Assembly (NCBI GenBank): GCA_016861205.1
Contig: BOKX01000001.1
Coordinates: 392,539 to 456,538, forward strand
Length of the DNA stretch: 64,000 nucleotides
Source: Patescibacteria group bacterium
GTDB lineage: Bacteria > Patescibacteriota > Microgenomatia > UBA1400 > PJMF01
Direction: 5' to 3'
Positions 10,403 to 20,832 of the stretch are shown here, piece after piece. The notes beneath the pieces are model-generated. The model was not told the DNA's origin and made no database searches. It saw only the letters and a program-made list of their open reading frames with translations. The position numbers and the translations under genes were made by a program. Each line of letters starts with the position of its first letter. Positions within the stretch are counted from its first letter, which is position 1.

Positions 10403-11545
10403 CTAGGCTACCCAGTAGCCTTGTACGAACAAAACTGTCATAAGTATCAAAATACTGAGTGATCCTAACAAATATCCTACTCTAAGCCAACGGTGAGTTG
10501 TGAACTGCTCGGCTAAGGCCAACCAAATCGGAAAACAAACGAGCACATACCGCGGCATGCTGGAAAAAGTACCGGTGACAGTCGGTAACAAAAAGGCTCC
10601 CAGACCAAACAACGTCCAAGCCAAAGGCACTCGTCGTGCCGCCCACACTAAACCGACCAAACCCATCACCCCGACTACACCCTCTTGGATAAAGGCCAGA
10701 TACTTCCAGTCATGCGGTTGATAGGTCAACCAAATCTTGATGTATCGCCAGACAACCTGAGGATATAGTATCAATGACTCTTGTCGCCCACTACCAAACT
10801 CACTCTGGACATGGAAAAAATAGAGAGGATCGTGAAACTCTCGATACAGAAACCACATATACAAACCTAGCCCTACCACTCCCCCAATGATTGGTACAAC
10901 TTGCCACCACTGACGAGGTAGCTTGGCATCTCGCGATTGCCACCACCATAGCAACAAACAGGGCACCAAGCCCACCCCAACCACCCGGGTGGCAGCAGCC
11001 ACTGCAACCACTGCTCCTGCTAGCCACCATTGTTGTCGTTGGGCTGCCCAGAAGGCACCAATGACTAACAGCAAGAACAAACTTTCAGAATAAACTGCAC
11101 CGAAATAAAACGAGGTAGGAAAAACTGCTAAAATAGCGGTCGCCCAGATCGCAACCGCAGAGCCTTTCCAAGCTTTCACAAATCCGAACCAAACCCACAC
11201 CAATACTAAACTGGCAACGTTGGCCACAATCAAACCACTCAGTAGAGTGTTCGCTGTAATAGTGTTGAGTGCAGCGACTAATCCTGGATATACCGGAAAA
11301 AAAGCTTGTATCAGACCGGTCCCAATATAACCCTTCTCGGCTATGGTGAGATAGTGAACCCCATCAAAGTTTGCCCACGAGTACAACCATCTAGGTAGAT
11401 CATACTTTGGTAAAAGCGTGAACGCATAGGGAAACGTCGGCTCATACTTGAGAAATCGATCTGCCACCACCGCAACAAGCATCAGCACTGAACGCCAAAT
11501 AAACCAAGCTAGTGTTAACCATCCAAACTCACGCCGTGACAACAT
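10403..11545 (-). CDS. PIG-V-like membrane mannosyltransferase (GT-C)
   Basis: WANFDGVHYLTIAEKGY, AFFPVYP, YSESLF, SMPRY. Confidence 0.85.
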   Translation of the reverse strand: MLSRREFGWLTLAWFIWRSVLMLVAVVADRFLKYEPTFPYAFTLLPKYDLPRWLYSWANFDGVHYLTIAEKGYIGTGLIQAFFPVYPGLVAALNTITANTLLSGLIVANVASLVLVWVWFGFVKAWKGSAVAIWATAILAVFPTSFYFGAVYSESLFLLLVIGAFWAAQRQQWWLAGAVVAVAAATRVVGVGLVPCLLLWWWQSRDAKLPRQWWQVVPIIGGVVGLGLYMWFLYREFHDPLYFFHVQSEFGSGRQESLILYPQVVWRYIKIWLTYQPHDWKYLAFIQEGVVGVMGLVGLVWAARRVPLAWTLFGLGAFLLPTVTGTFSSMPRYVLVCFPIWLALAEQFTTHRWLRVGYLLGSLSILILMTVLFVQGYWVA

Positions 11546-11554
11546 ATCTATATC

Positions 11555-13270
11555 CTAACCTTTGACAGCCCATCTGTGCGACCCCCATCGGTGACCAGTC
11601 CAAACAAGTTTGCCGCCTAACACAATCAAGGCTACCAAGCTAACTGCATTTGCCATGTGACGTACAGGAGTAACTTGTCCAAAACGTGTTCTCACTTGAA
11701 AGTGTCCCGCGGGAACTTGGTAAGCTATGCGACCTTGTGTCTCGGCATTAAAAATAGGCGACAACAGCGTCTTGGCCCCGGCTTGGTCAGTGATAGCTGT
11801 CTGCCATCCGGCATACATCATCGTTGGCTCAACTATGACCACAGGTTCTGCTGCCGTGATTTGGAACTCGTGCGTGGTCCCCGTCCATCGCGATACAAGC
11901 ACCTCCGCCTGACCCGATACCACAGTCGGCGCTGGTTGCCAGTCACCAATGTTCAAGTACTCAAAAGTAACTGGACGATTTTCATTAGCGGTAGTTGTAC
12001 TCTGTCCAAAGTTTTCATAGTACTCATCGGGATAGTGACGCCTGTCAACCGCTTTAAGATGTAAAGCTACACCAACTTGTCCCATCAACAAGATACCAAG
12101 CAAACTAGCCATCCAACGAGTTCGACTTACGACATTAGCTATCCACAGCGGGGCAATCACCAGCCAAATTAAACTTAGTCGCCACGGAAACTGAACAAAG
12201 TTTAAGAAAGGAACAGTCGTCCATAGCCGAGCAGCCAGCGATAGCTGAGCAAGAATCACTACCCACCCAATACCCACCCATAACCCCACAGAATTTTCTA
12301 ACCCCACCGGCTTTGACCTTAATTTTGTGATAAACCAGGTGCACAGTATGATACCTAGGCTTACCCAGCTCACGACACCCAATTGAAAACCCAACGAATC
12401 AATTGGACCTGGTAGTGAGAAACCAAACTGAAGTGGTGACCAAAGAAGTTGGCTGAATGTCACCGCATGTTGTGCTACTTGGTTTGATAATCCCGCTTCA
12501 CCTAGAACCACCAGTTTTTTTTCGAGTAACGCTGGGATCCAAAACCAAGCACTCAAACCAAAACTGAGCACTCCTGCCTCGACCGCTGGCCACCAGATGT
12601 GTTTTCCACGCCATCGCCACAAACACCACACCGCCAAAACAGGCGCTGTAATGAGCACCGCTACATTGTGGGCCAGTAGCCACCATGCTAACCAGAACAC
12701 CATGGCCCACCATGTCTGAGGTTGCCACTTTTGGTCTCGACTGACTCTCTCAATAATACCCAGTAACCAAGGCAAACTAGCTAAACTCATAACTTCACCG
12801 ATCGAACCTCGAAACCAAACTGCACTCAACAAATAGGGGCTGGTCGCTATCGTTCCAACGGCCACCAGTTTTGCCAACCAAGTGTGGTTGTACCGCCCCA
12901 ACCACCACCAACTACCTGCGAGCAAGCTACCCACGCAGCCAACAACAATAAGCTTGAAAGCACTCTCGTAGCTAACTCCCATGGCTACCAGCGGCATCGC
13001 CAGGATATTGGGTAATGGGTAGTTGTAGTTAAAAACTGGGTATCCGTAATGGTTCATCAAGGCAGGCGCCCAACGAGGTGGCAGTTGACCGTCTTTGAGA
13101 GCCAACTTGTAGTTTGCGAATCTCGCTAGATGGTTCTCCCCATCATGGGTATACGGCACACCAGGATGTATATATGTTCGAGTTGCCAACCAAACTCCAG
13201 CCACGATTACGATCAGTGTTGCCAACTGGTGCCACCAGGTTTGGCTGACGGCTTTAGGTTTTTTGTTCAT
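11555..13270 (-). CDS. PTPS-related-domain membrane protein (GT-C-like)
   Basis: THDG..H, PPRW...GYPVFNYNYPL, RGSIGE, QFPWR. Confidence 0.75.
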   Translation of the reverse strand: MNKKPKAVSQTWWHQLATLIVIVAGVWLATRTYIHPGVPYTHDGENHLARFANYKLALKDGQLPPRWAPALMNHYGYPVFNYNYPLPNILAMPLVAMGVSYESAFKLIVVGCVGSLLAGSWWWLGRYNHTWLAKLVAVGTIATSPYLLSAVWFRGSIGEVMSLASLPWLLGIIERVSRDQKWQPQTWWAMVFWLAWWLLAHNVAVLITAPVLAVWCLWRWRGKHIWWPAVEAGVLSFGLSAWFWIPALLEKKLVVLGEAGLSNQVAQHAVTFSQLLWSPLQFGFSLPGPIDSLGFQLGVVSWVSLGIILCTWFITKLRSKPVGLENSVGLWVGIGWVVILAQLSLAARLWTTVPFLNFVQFPWRLSLIWLVIAPLWIANVVSRTRWMASLLGILLMGQVGVALHLKAVDRRHYPDEYYENFGQSTTTANENRPVTFEYLNIGDWQPAPTVVSGQAEVLVSRWTGTTHEFQITAAEPVVIVEPTMMYAGWQTAITDQAGAKTLLSPIFNAETQGRIAYQVPAGHFQVRTRFGQVTPVRHMANAVSLVALIVLGGKLVWTGHRWGSHRWAVKG

Positions 13271-14315
13271 GTAAAACCTGCTGATAAACTTTCACCGTCT
13301 CAACCGCGGTGCGACTCCACGTAAACTTACTCGCCCACAATGAAGCTCGTCGGGTTCGATCTGATCTCACTCGTTCTGACCAGCCGGCCACAGTGGTAAT
13401 ACCTTGAGCCAATCCCTCTGCTGTTGGCTGCACAACAACTGCTTGAGCGCCAGCGACTTCCACCAAAGCAGCCGTGTCAGTAATCACAACCGGCACTCGG
13501 CACTGCATGGCTTCTAAAACGGGTAGTCCGAAACCTTCGGCTAGCGATGGTTGCACGTAAGCTAGAGCACCAGAGTAGATTGCGGCCAAGTCTTCGACTG
13601 CTTCCGGACCAAGATCAGTTATAAACTTGACTCGACTCTCGACATTACTCAACGCCAATTGAGACTCGATCCACTTCCATTCTGGAATCGGCTGAGGTAT
13701 GAAGTTCTTTCCGACACACACTAAATGGATGTGTTCTGGAATAAATTTGAGCGCCTTAATTAGTTGTGGCAGATTTTTGTTGTAGTTGATGTCACCCACG
13801 TACAAAATATATGCGTCCGGCAACTGCAACTTCTGTTTTACGGTTATGATTTGACTTTGTTTTGACCGGGTTATTTCCGGTTGGGCTGCTAAGGGAACTA
13901 CAAAAACTTTGCGATCTGACACCCCAAGATAACGAATAATATCTTGCTTTGATGCCTGAGAATCTGTGATCACAGCTTCCACTCGCTGGACCAGCCATCT
14001 TTGTCGCCACAAGGCTGCGCGGCCTTTGATTCCTGGTTTGTAGTGGGCTGGATAACGTAAAGGAATGACATCGTGTACCGTAACCACAGTTGGAGCCGGT
14101 CGACGAACAGGTAGGGTAGGAAAAAAGAGATCAAAGTACGGATAGTGAATCAAGTCTGGCTTCAGCTTGGAAACTTCTGCTGGTTGCGTCGTCTCAAGCA
14201 ACTCAACAGTTCGTCGACGTTTCAGTTCGGCTGCTAACTCTCGGGTGTATCGACCGATACCCCTATGAGCATGGCCCGTTAGTAGCGGTGTGGTATCGAG
14301 TTGAACAGTAATCAT
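13254..14315 (-). CDS. Glycosyltransferase family 4
   Basis: RGIGRY, TVHD, NKN, EGFGLPVLEAM. Confidence 0.92.
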   Translation of the reverse strand: MITVQLDTTPLLTGHAHRGIGRYTRELAAELKRRRTVELLETTQPAEVSKLKPDLIHYPYFDLFFPTLPVRRPAPTVVTVHDVIPLRYPAHYKPGIKGRAALWRQRWLVQRVEAVITDSQASKQDIIRYLGVSDRKVFVVPLAAQPEITRSKQSQIITVKQKLQLPDAYILYVGDINYNKNLPQLIKALKFIPEHIHLVCVGKNFIPQPIPEWKWIESQLALSNVESRVKFITDLGPEAVEDLAAIYSGALAYVQPSLAEGFGLPVLEAMQCRVPVVITDTAALVEVAGAQAVVVQPTAEGLAQGITTVAGWSERVRSDRTRRASLWASKFTWSRTAVETVKVYQQVLHEQKT

Positions 14316-15088
14316 ACGTTTTTCTTTGGTAACTTTAGTTCCCAGTACTTAAGGAATGCCACCGGATGATGCAAACCACTCATCACTGCGAACACAAAAC
14401 CCGGAAATCCATCAACAAACCCTTTATGGCGCAGGTACATTGAAACAAACGTAGCGAGTGGCAACCACACCCAAAACCTCAGAACACTGGGCAAGGCAAT
14501 TTTCAGTTTTTGATCTTTAAGCTGATAGGCTTTAAACGTTGTGTAGGTGTTGAACTTACGCAAGTAATCGGCAAAAGTTGGATTACTGTAATGTAGCAAA
14601 TGCCCCTCTGCCCAGCCGGTGCTGCCGTTGACCACCATCTGTTCGTGAACATCTTTCTGGGGCAACTCAGCCTGCCCCGCCTTGAACAACCTAATGACTG
14701 CATCAGGATACTGACCACCTTTGCTCAACCAGCGACCCATAAAAAAGTTCTTGCGCTTAATCCACCAGGCGCTGTCGGTGGTGGCCTCAAGATTTTGGGC
14801 AACTTTGACGATGAACGTCGCCAGTTCCGCATCAACCACTTCGTCAGCATCGAGTTGCAAAATCAGGTCACCTTTGGCGGCGTCGTTACCCATTTGCTTA
14901 TTGATATGAAAGTTGCGTTTGTTGGTAGTTTTTATGACACGAGCGCCATAACGACGTGCGATAGAGACCGTTTCATCGGTTGATTCACCATCAACGACCA
15001 CAATTTCGTCAGCCCATTTTTTGACCGAGTCTAACGACCGAGCTAAGTTCTCGGCCTCATTGTGAACTGCTAGAACGACTGAAATCAT
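14312..15088 (-). CDS. GT2 beta-1,4-glucosyltransferase-like (KdtX/WaaE-like)
   Basis: ADEIVVVDGESTD, LDADE, YPD..RLF, VHE; start moved to MISVV. Confidence 0.9.
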   Translation of the reverse strand: MISVVLAVHNEAENLARSLDSVKKWADEIVVVDGESTDETVSIARRYGARVIKTTNKRNFHINKQMGNDAAKGDLILQLDADEVVDAELATFIVKVAQNLEATTDSAWWIKRKNFFMGRWLSKGGQYPDAVIRLFKAGQAELPQKDVHEQMVVNGSTGWAEGHLLHYSNPTFADYLRKFNTYTTFKAYQLKDQKLKIALPSVLRFWVWLPLATFVSMYLRHKGFVDGFPGFVFAVMSGLHHPVAFLKYWELKLPKKNV

Positions 15089-16661
15089 ACCTATTCCAAG
15101 TTGTGCCATCCCATTGTAGCAGGATTACCTCAGTCGGCACACGATCGGCCTGTTGGGCTATGAAGTGGTATCTACCAACCTGTTGGCCATATTGTAACCC
15201 AACTTGATTCGGCTGCTGCATGATAACAGTGGCTCGAAAAACACTGGGTGGCAAACGCAAACTCCAAGCTACTTGGATGTAACTGTAACCATCTTCATCC
15301 ACCACTGCCACTGGCACGCCAGGATATCGCTGCTCTACGTCTTGGACTGCCTCGGTTAATCCGGCTTTGAGAATCCGAGTGCTCTGGGCTGGATACCCAC
15401 GAAAGTACCGCCACAGATAGTGGCCACTTTGGTAAACGGCTAATGAAACCAAAGCCACCACAGCAACTTGAGCTAGGCGTCGCGACCAGCGTCTGAGCCA
15501 CTCAGTCAGGAACCAGACTCCAAACCCTGACCACCAAATCAGAGTCAGCAAGAAAACTAAGCTCCGGGTAGCGTGCGGAGCATCGACGGTGATCACGGCC
15601 GGACCCAAACTCACCATCGTTGTGAGCCACCACCAGAGTTGCCATCGCCCAGCTTCGGACTTCAATTTTTGGCGGCGTTGACCTGCAAAATCAATCAGCC
15701 ACCCCAACCAGCCCACCACAGCCATCACGTACACAACACTCACTAGATGTCCTGTGCCTGGTACCTGGTGCCAAGGATGAGCACCTCCACGTTGCACCAC
15801 AAAAGCAGGGCTCCAGCTCGCCACCCAATTCCTGGTGAGGCGCGTTGTTAGATAAACATACTTGTTTCCCAACAGGAGCTGCTGAGAACTGGGTAGCGCA
15901 GATCGATACTCAACAAACTGTGCCCATACCGTCGGATCACCAAAGAGCGTGACTGCCGACTTTTGGGCAGAGGCGGCTCGTTGCACCAGGAAACCCAGAC
16001 CAGCCACCAAACAAAGACCCATGACTGGCAACACCCAGGCTCGCCATTGCTTCCAACCGCGACCTAACACCACCCCCACCACCACCCAAGGAGCGAGTAA
16101 AAGTGGGGTGTTGTACGTTAAAATAGCTGCCGACATTGCCACCAATCCCAGTATGTCAGTCCGCCACCGGTGCTGGGTTTTTGGTTTACTTACTACCCAA
16201 ATGCTCAGCAACCACCAGGCTAACGCCACCATCGCCTCCCAAGCCATTCGCGAGTAGAAGAGCATGACTGGGCTGACGGCTACCACGCCAAGTACCCACC
16301 ACTGACTCCGCTTTGGCCAAGCAGCTTGGCGCACAATAGCGAACGACAAGCCAACTACAGCTACCCCAGCCGCAGCGGCTGGCCAGCGAATGACACTATC
16401 GCTGTCACCAAACATTCGGAATAACGCCACCAACAACCACACGTATCCACTCAGTTTGTAATCACCAAACGATTTCAGAGTCAGCGGCCAGCGTTGACCC
16501 CACTCATCAGCCCCCGTTTGATGAATCAAAAACGCGTTGTACGCTAAGGCTGCCTCATCCCGATTCAAAGCGGCCGGAACTTGAGCCAGGCGCCAAAACC
16601 GAGTGATCGTGGCCAAACCCAAAATCAAAACCAAACCAATAACGGGCAACTGTGACTTCAT
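15057..16661 (-). CDS. GT39/ArnT-like (PMT_2) membrane glycosyltransferase
   Basis: RDEAALAYNA..G.DEWG, SFGDYK, PHATRS. Confidence 0.8.
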   Translation of the reverse strand: MKSQLPVIGLVLILGLATITRFWRLAQVPAALNRDEAALAYNAFLIHQTGADEWGQRWPLTLKSFGDYKLSGYVWLLVALFRMFGDSDSVIRWPAAAAGVAVVGLSFAIVRQAAWPKRSQWWVLGVVAVSPVMLFYSRMAWEAMVALAWWLLSIWVVSKPKTQHRWRTDILGLVAMSAAILTYNTPLLLAPWVVVGVVLGRGWKQWRAWVLPVMGLCLVAGLGFLVQRAASAQKSAVTLFGDPTVWAQFVEYRSALPSSQQLLLGNKYVYLTTRLTRNWVASWSPAFVVQRGGAHPWHQVPGTGHLVSVVYVMAVVGWLGWLIDFAGQRRQKLKSEAGRWQLWWWLTTMVSLGPAVITVDAPHATRSLVFLLTLIWWSGFGVWFLTEWLRRWSRRLAQVAVVALVSLAVYQSGHYLWRYFRGYPAQSTRILKAGLTEAVQDVEQRYPGVPVAVVDEDGYSYIQVAWSLRLPPSVFRATVIMQQPNQVGLQYGQQVGRYHFIAQQADRVPTEVILLQWDGTTWNRYDFSRSSSSQ

Positions 16662-16668
16662 GTTCCTT

Positions 16669-18366
16669 TTAGCGCGGAGCTACTTCTACTACTATGTAAC
16701 TTGACTGGGCGGTGGGACCGGGTATGTCTTGTTTTGATGAAACTACCAGCGGCTGTTCATCGAGGAGTCGCCGAACAGCCTCAGCAGTCCCAGCCACTAC
16801 TGTTGGTCGGACGACTGGATCACGGGCATCAAGTTTAATCCCATCAAAATCGTGAAACAAGTATGCCGCTGTTGGCCAAGTTTGATACTGGCTTGCTGGG
16901 TACGGCCCAAACGCCAGCAACCACAGATAGAAACGATAATCAAAACTCAGAATAGCCACTGGCTCACCAGGCTGTCGTAGCTGATAAATAGTTTCGGCCA
17001 CTTGCTTGTAGTTGCCCTGCCAGGCTTCAAATGAGTCTTGGGGATAGACGTGTAAGTAGTGATACCACCACGGCCAACTCGAAACGACAACAACCATTAC
17101 CGCTAGACCTGTGCTAAGTTCAGCTACATATCGTACTTTTGATCCAGTTACTTCGACAAACCAACCAATAGCCGCAGTTATGCCGCCAGCAACTAACAAA
17201 CAAACCGGCACTAAAGCGTTCAGTGATCGAAGTGCATGTGGTGTATCTTCTGGAATCGAAGCTGGCAGTAAAGCGATCAGCCACCAAGTTATGAGTAGTG
17301 CTAAAACACCCGGTCGGCGCTGCCACCACCAGCTCACACCCCAAAACAAGAATGGTAAAAGTGTTAGTGACAACAAACCGTGCTGACCAGTACCATGACG
17401 AAGATTGGGATCGCCAGTCATGAATAAGTAGTTCAGATCCAAATGGTCGGCATAGTTCGACAATACTTCTCTAACAAGCAACCAATGCCGGTGAAACAGG
17501 ATCCGATCCCACAGTTGGTTGCCCGCCAACTCTCGGTAGACATTTGACTGCACCACGTATGAACTCGAGTTTAAAACTGAGGTGGTTCCCAACCGAAATC
17601 GGTTGCTGTCGGCATACAGCGGCGAACGTATCATTGGAATCAGACAAACCCCAAACACAATACCCGCACCACCTACCCGCAATAGCCAAGCTTTCCACCA
17701 ATCCAACTCTCGCCAACGCCAGCCGTCAGCCGGAATGACCACAAAGATTGCTGTGGCAAGCAAAAGAACTGGCCACACAAACCGAACTGAAAAATAGCCA
17801 TACGTAGCGAGGCCACCCAAGATGGGAGCCAGCCACCACACTTTTGGCCACTTGGTGGACAAGACCATGCTCAACACTGATAGCGCAACCAGCAGTTGTG
17901 CTACATGTCCCTCAAAACCTGTTCGCGAAAACATGACACTCCAAGGTGTCAATGCCACCACTGCCATAGCAACGACCCGAAGTATGATATTGATTGGTGG
18001 TTTACTTTTCGGTTGGCTAAACTCGCCAAGTAAGTAATGGGCCAAGTAACCCGCCACCAGCACAGTGCCCAGCCCTGCCAGAGCACTCGGTAGCCGCAAA
18101 GCCCACTCATTTGCGCCAGCTAACTTGACACTCAGTGACGCCAACCAGATATAGACTGGCAACTTGTAGTCACCGTATGAGGGGTACATGACTTGAAACC
18201 ACGGCCGATTGTGCATATCCCGACCTGTTTCGGCAACCGCTCGGGCATCAGCCAAAATGGCAACTTCATCCCAATACAGACCAAGGGGAACTTCACCAAG
18301 ACGGTACAACCGCACGAAAACTGCTACCAACAGTATTACTCCTATGAGCCAGCCGTACCAACGCAT
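16669..18366 (-). CDS. GT39/ArnT-like (PMT_2) membrane glycosyltransferase
   Basis: WDEVA, SYGDYKLP, GDPNLRH, PHALRS; paralogue of 15057-16661; start moved to MRWY. Confidence 0.82.
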   Translation of the reverse strand: MRWYGWLIGVILLVAVFVRLYRLGEVPLGLYWDEVAILADARAVAETGRDMHNRPWFQVMYPSYGDYKLPVYIWLASLSVKLAGANEWALRLPSALAGLGTVLVAGYLAHYLLGEFSQPKSKPPINIILRVVAMAVVALTPWSVMFSRTGFEGHVAQLLVALSVLSMVLSTKWPKVWWLAPILGGLATYGYFSVRFVWPVLLLATAIFVVIPADGWRWRELDWWKAWLLRVGGAGIVFGVCLIPMIRSPLYADSNRFRLGTTSVLNSSSYVVQSNVYRELAGNQLWDRILFHRHWLLVREVLSNYADHLDLNYLFMTGDPNLRHGTGQHGLLSLTLLPFLFWGVSWWWQRRPGVLALLITWWLIALLPASIPEDTPHALRSLNALVPVCLLVAGGITAAIGWFVEVTGSKVRYVAELSTGLAVMVVVVSSWPWWYHYLHVYPQDSFEAWQGNYKQVAETIYQLRQPGEPVAILSFDYRFYLWLLAFGPYPASQYQTWPTAAYLFHDFDGIKLDARDPVVRPTVVAGTAEAVRRLLDEQPLVVSSKQDIPGPTAQSSYIVVEVAPR

Positions 18367-18401
18367 GCCATCATCATAGCATTGAGGTACAATGATGGTA
18401 C

Positions 18402-19988
18402 ATGTCAATCAAACGCAGTTGGTGGTTAGGAATCGTTGGTAGTCTCGGTTACTTAGCAGTGACCTGGTGGCGGTTAACGAGCTTGCCTGTCTTTGCTGAC
18501 GAAGCCATTTACATCAGATGGGCTCAACTCATTATCGATGATTGGTCACGCTATCTTTTCTTTCCAATGAACGATGGTAAAACCCCATTGTTTGTATGGC
18601 TGATGGTACCTGCCTTACAATTATTCAACAACCCGGTCTGGGCAGCGAGACTGGTATCTGTGTTGGGTGGGTTCGTTCAAATCTGGCTGACTGGCCACAT
18701 TCTGAAAACGCTCGGGGCTAAACGGCAAACTCAGTGGTTGGGTATGCTGTTTATGACCGTTTTGCCCTACTGGTACTTCCACCATCGTATGGCTTTGATG
18801 GATGGGTGGCTAGCCACTGCTGTCACCGGCACATTATGGGCACTACTGCAGCTGGCCCAAGTCGTAGCTAACCGCTTGAAAACCAAGAAGGATCATCAGA
18901 GAATTTGGCAGCCAACTGGTTCAGAGCTCATGTGGATCGCGATGGCTGGTGGGTGGTGGGGTCTAGCTTGGTGGTTAAAGTTGCCCGCTATCTTGATAGC
19001 ACCCTTGTTTGTGCTGATACCTCTGTGGCCAAAAACTATGAGTTGGTCAGGTCGTTTAGCACTGACCATCCGAGTTGGTGCTGCCGGCTTTTTAGGCTTG
19101 TGTCTGTTTGTAATTCTAAGAGTGAGCCCCGTGTTTGGCCAACTATTTGCTCGTGGCAGTGACTTTCTTTACCCTTTGAGCACTGTGCTGGCTGGTGGGT
19201 GGACCCAAACTTTGCCAAACCTACCCACGTATGCTTGGTACTTCGTCACGTATCTGACCTGGCCGATCTGTTTGGCAGCGGTAAGTGGTTGGTTTTCAAA
19301 GCGGCATCAGCGAACTCATTTCCTGCTGTGGGGAGCTGCGTTGGGGTATGCTGTGCCCATAGCCCTGCTAGGCCGAGTGGTTTATCCCCGCTACTTGCTG
19401 CCAGCGGCAGTGTTCCTAACCATCAGCGCCGCCTTGGTGTACGAAGAGTGGTTGACCCATTGGGTTGGTGAGGCAAAAACTCTTCTCGCCAAAACTTGGC
19501 ATGGCTTGGTGATTGTCGGCTTAATCGCCCAAACGCTCGGTTTGAGCACTGTTTTTATGGTCACCAGCTGGTACTGGCCTGATCAAACCCCATTCGTCAG
19601 TGCTGATCGTTCTCAGTACTTGGAAGAATGGTCATCTGGTCACGGAATTGTCGAAGCGGTTCAGTACATTCAATCCCAACAGGCCAATCACTCAGTGGCG
19701 GTAGCCACTGAAGGCTACTTCGGCACTTTGCCCGATGCGCTGTTACTCTACTTCTTTGGCCACAATGTTGACAACCTAATGATTGAGGGTATTGGTCAGC
19801 CAGTTGTCTCGATTCCCGCTGAGTTCTGGCAACGATCAACTAGCTACCAACAAGTTCTCTTGGTTGTTAACTCACATCGCTTGCAACTACCCTTAGCTCG
19901 CGAGCACCTCCGGCTTGAAGTGTGTCGACCGAACGGGGCCCCGTGTTTGCAGGTGTGGGACATCACTACGCTGCGGCCGAAGAACTAG
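18402..19988 (+). CDS. GT39/ArnT-like membrane glycosyltransferase
   Basis: FADEAIYIRWAQ, DGKTPLF, RMALMD, YPRY; multi-TM. Confidence 0.8.
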   Translation: MSIKRSWWLGIVGSLGYLAVTWWRLTSLPVFADEAIYIRWAQLIIDDWSRYLFFPMNDGKTPLFVWLMVPALQLFNNPVWAARLVSVLGGFVQIWLTGHILKTLGAKRQTQWLGMLFMTVLPYWYFHHRMALMDGWLATAVTGTLWALLQLAQVVANRLKTKKDHQRIWQPTGSELMWIAMAGGWWGLAWWLKLPAILIAPLFVLIPLWPKTMSWSGRLALTIRVGAAGFLGLCLFVILRVSPVFGQLFARGSDFLYPLSTVLAGGWTQTLPNLPTYAWYFVTYLTWPICLAAVSGWFSKRHQRTHFLLWGAALGYAVPIALLGRVVYPRYLLPAAVFLTISAALVYEEWLTHWVGEAKTLLAKTWHGLVIVGLIAQTLGLSTVFMVTSWYWPDQTPFVSADRSQYLEEWSSGHGIVEAVQYIQSQQANHSVAVATEGYFGTLPDALLLYFFGHNVDNLMIEGIGQPVVSIPAEFWQRSTSYQQVLLVVNSHRLQLPLAREHLRLEVCRPNGAPCLQVWDITTLRPKN

Positions 19989-20665
19989 TCCTCGCGCAAG
20001 ATATATCCCAGACCACGAACAGTTTGTAACATGCTCGCACTGTTACCGAGCTTCATCCGCAACCGACGCATGTATACCTCGATCGTCACATCACTTGGCA
20101 CGACGGCATGGTTCCCCCAGACTTCATTTACCAAACGTTCCCGTGTCACTACTTGATTCTTATAGCGGCATAAGCACCAAAAAACTTGGGCTTCGCGCCG
20201 ACGAAGTACCAATGTACGATTTGCGACTTCCATCACCCCTGTTTCAGGGTAAAACAATATCTGACCAACTCTAACTGCAGTGGGTGGCTTGGGTTTTTCT
20301 AGGTGCAACAGTTTGCGAACTCGCCACATGCACTCATCCCAAGCAAATGGTTTAACTAGGTAATCATCAGCTCCGGCGACAAATCCTGCTACTCGATCAG
20401 CCACCTGGTAGCGATTGCTGATCATCATGGTTCGCGTTGGACGTGGTGAACGGGACACGTGCGTTAAAAGTTGTAACCCGTCCCCATCCGGCAGTTCTTG
20501 GTCGACCACCATGACGTCGTAGCTGGCAGTTTCCAAGCACTCGAGAGCCGCTTCCACAGAGTTGACGCGATGCACCTGGCACTGCAAGTTTTGGATGTTT
20601 TTAGCCAACAAGCCTCCCAAAACTGAGTGAGGCTCGACAATCAGAACAGCAGCCACCAGATGCAC
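19985..20665 (-). CDS. OmpR/PhoB-family response regulator (no kinase nearby)
   Basis: Receiver VVDQELPDGDG, GADDYLVKPF; wHTH with LRMKLG..TVRGLGY. Confidence 0.92.
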   Translation of the reverse strand: MHLVAAVLIVEPHSVLGGLLAKNIQNLQCQVHRVNSVEAALECLETASYDVMVVDQELPDGDGLQLLTHVSRSPRPTRTMMISNRYQVADRVAGFVAGADDYLVKPFAWDECMWRVRKLLHLEKPKPPTAVRVGQILFYPETGVMEVANRTLVLRRREAQVFWCLCRYKNQVVTRERLVNEVWGNHAVVPSDVTIEVYMRRLRMKLGNSASMLQTVRGLGYILRED

Positions 20666-20712
20666 TTTCTAAGGCAGTTTGGTATACTTCACAGCGCAAC
20701 TATACTGCGGAG

Positions 20713-20730
20713 AGATTAAAAAAAGATTAA
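20713..20730. promoter_or_regulatory. Direct repeat AGATTAA-N4-AGATTAA; candidate OmpR/PhoB-type operator
   Basis: Two identical 7-mers with 11-bp period, upstream of the response regulator and of tRNA-Gln. Confidence 0.5.
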
Positions 20731-20751
20731 ATCAGCTCGAAGCACACAGCT

Positions 20752-20822
20752 TCCCGGATAGTGAAGTGGCATCACAACAGGTTCTGACCCTGTTATCCTA
20801 GGTTCGAATCCTAGTCCGGGAT
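20752..20822 (+). tRNA. tRNA-Gln (anticodon CTG); CCA not encoded directly after the discriminator
   Basis: Acceptor TCCCGGA/TCCGGGA, D stem GTGA/TCAC, anticodon arm ACAGG-TTCTGAC-CCTGT, T arm CTAGG-TTCGAAT-CCTAG. Confidence 0.95.
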
Positions 20823-20832
20823 CACCATAATC

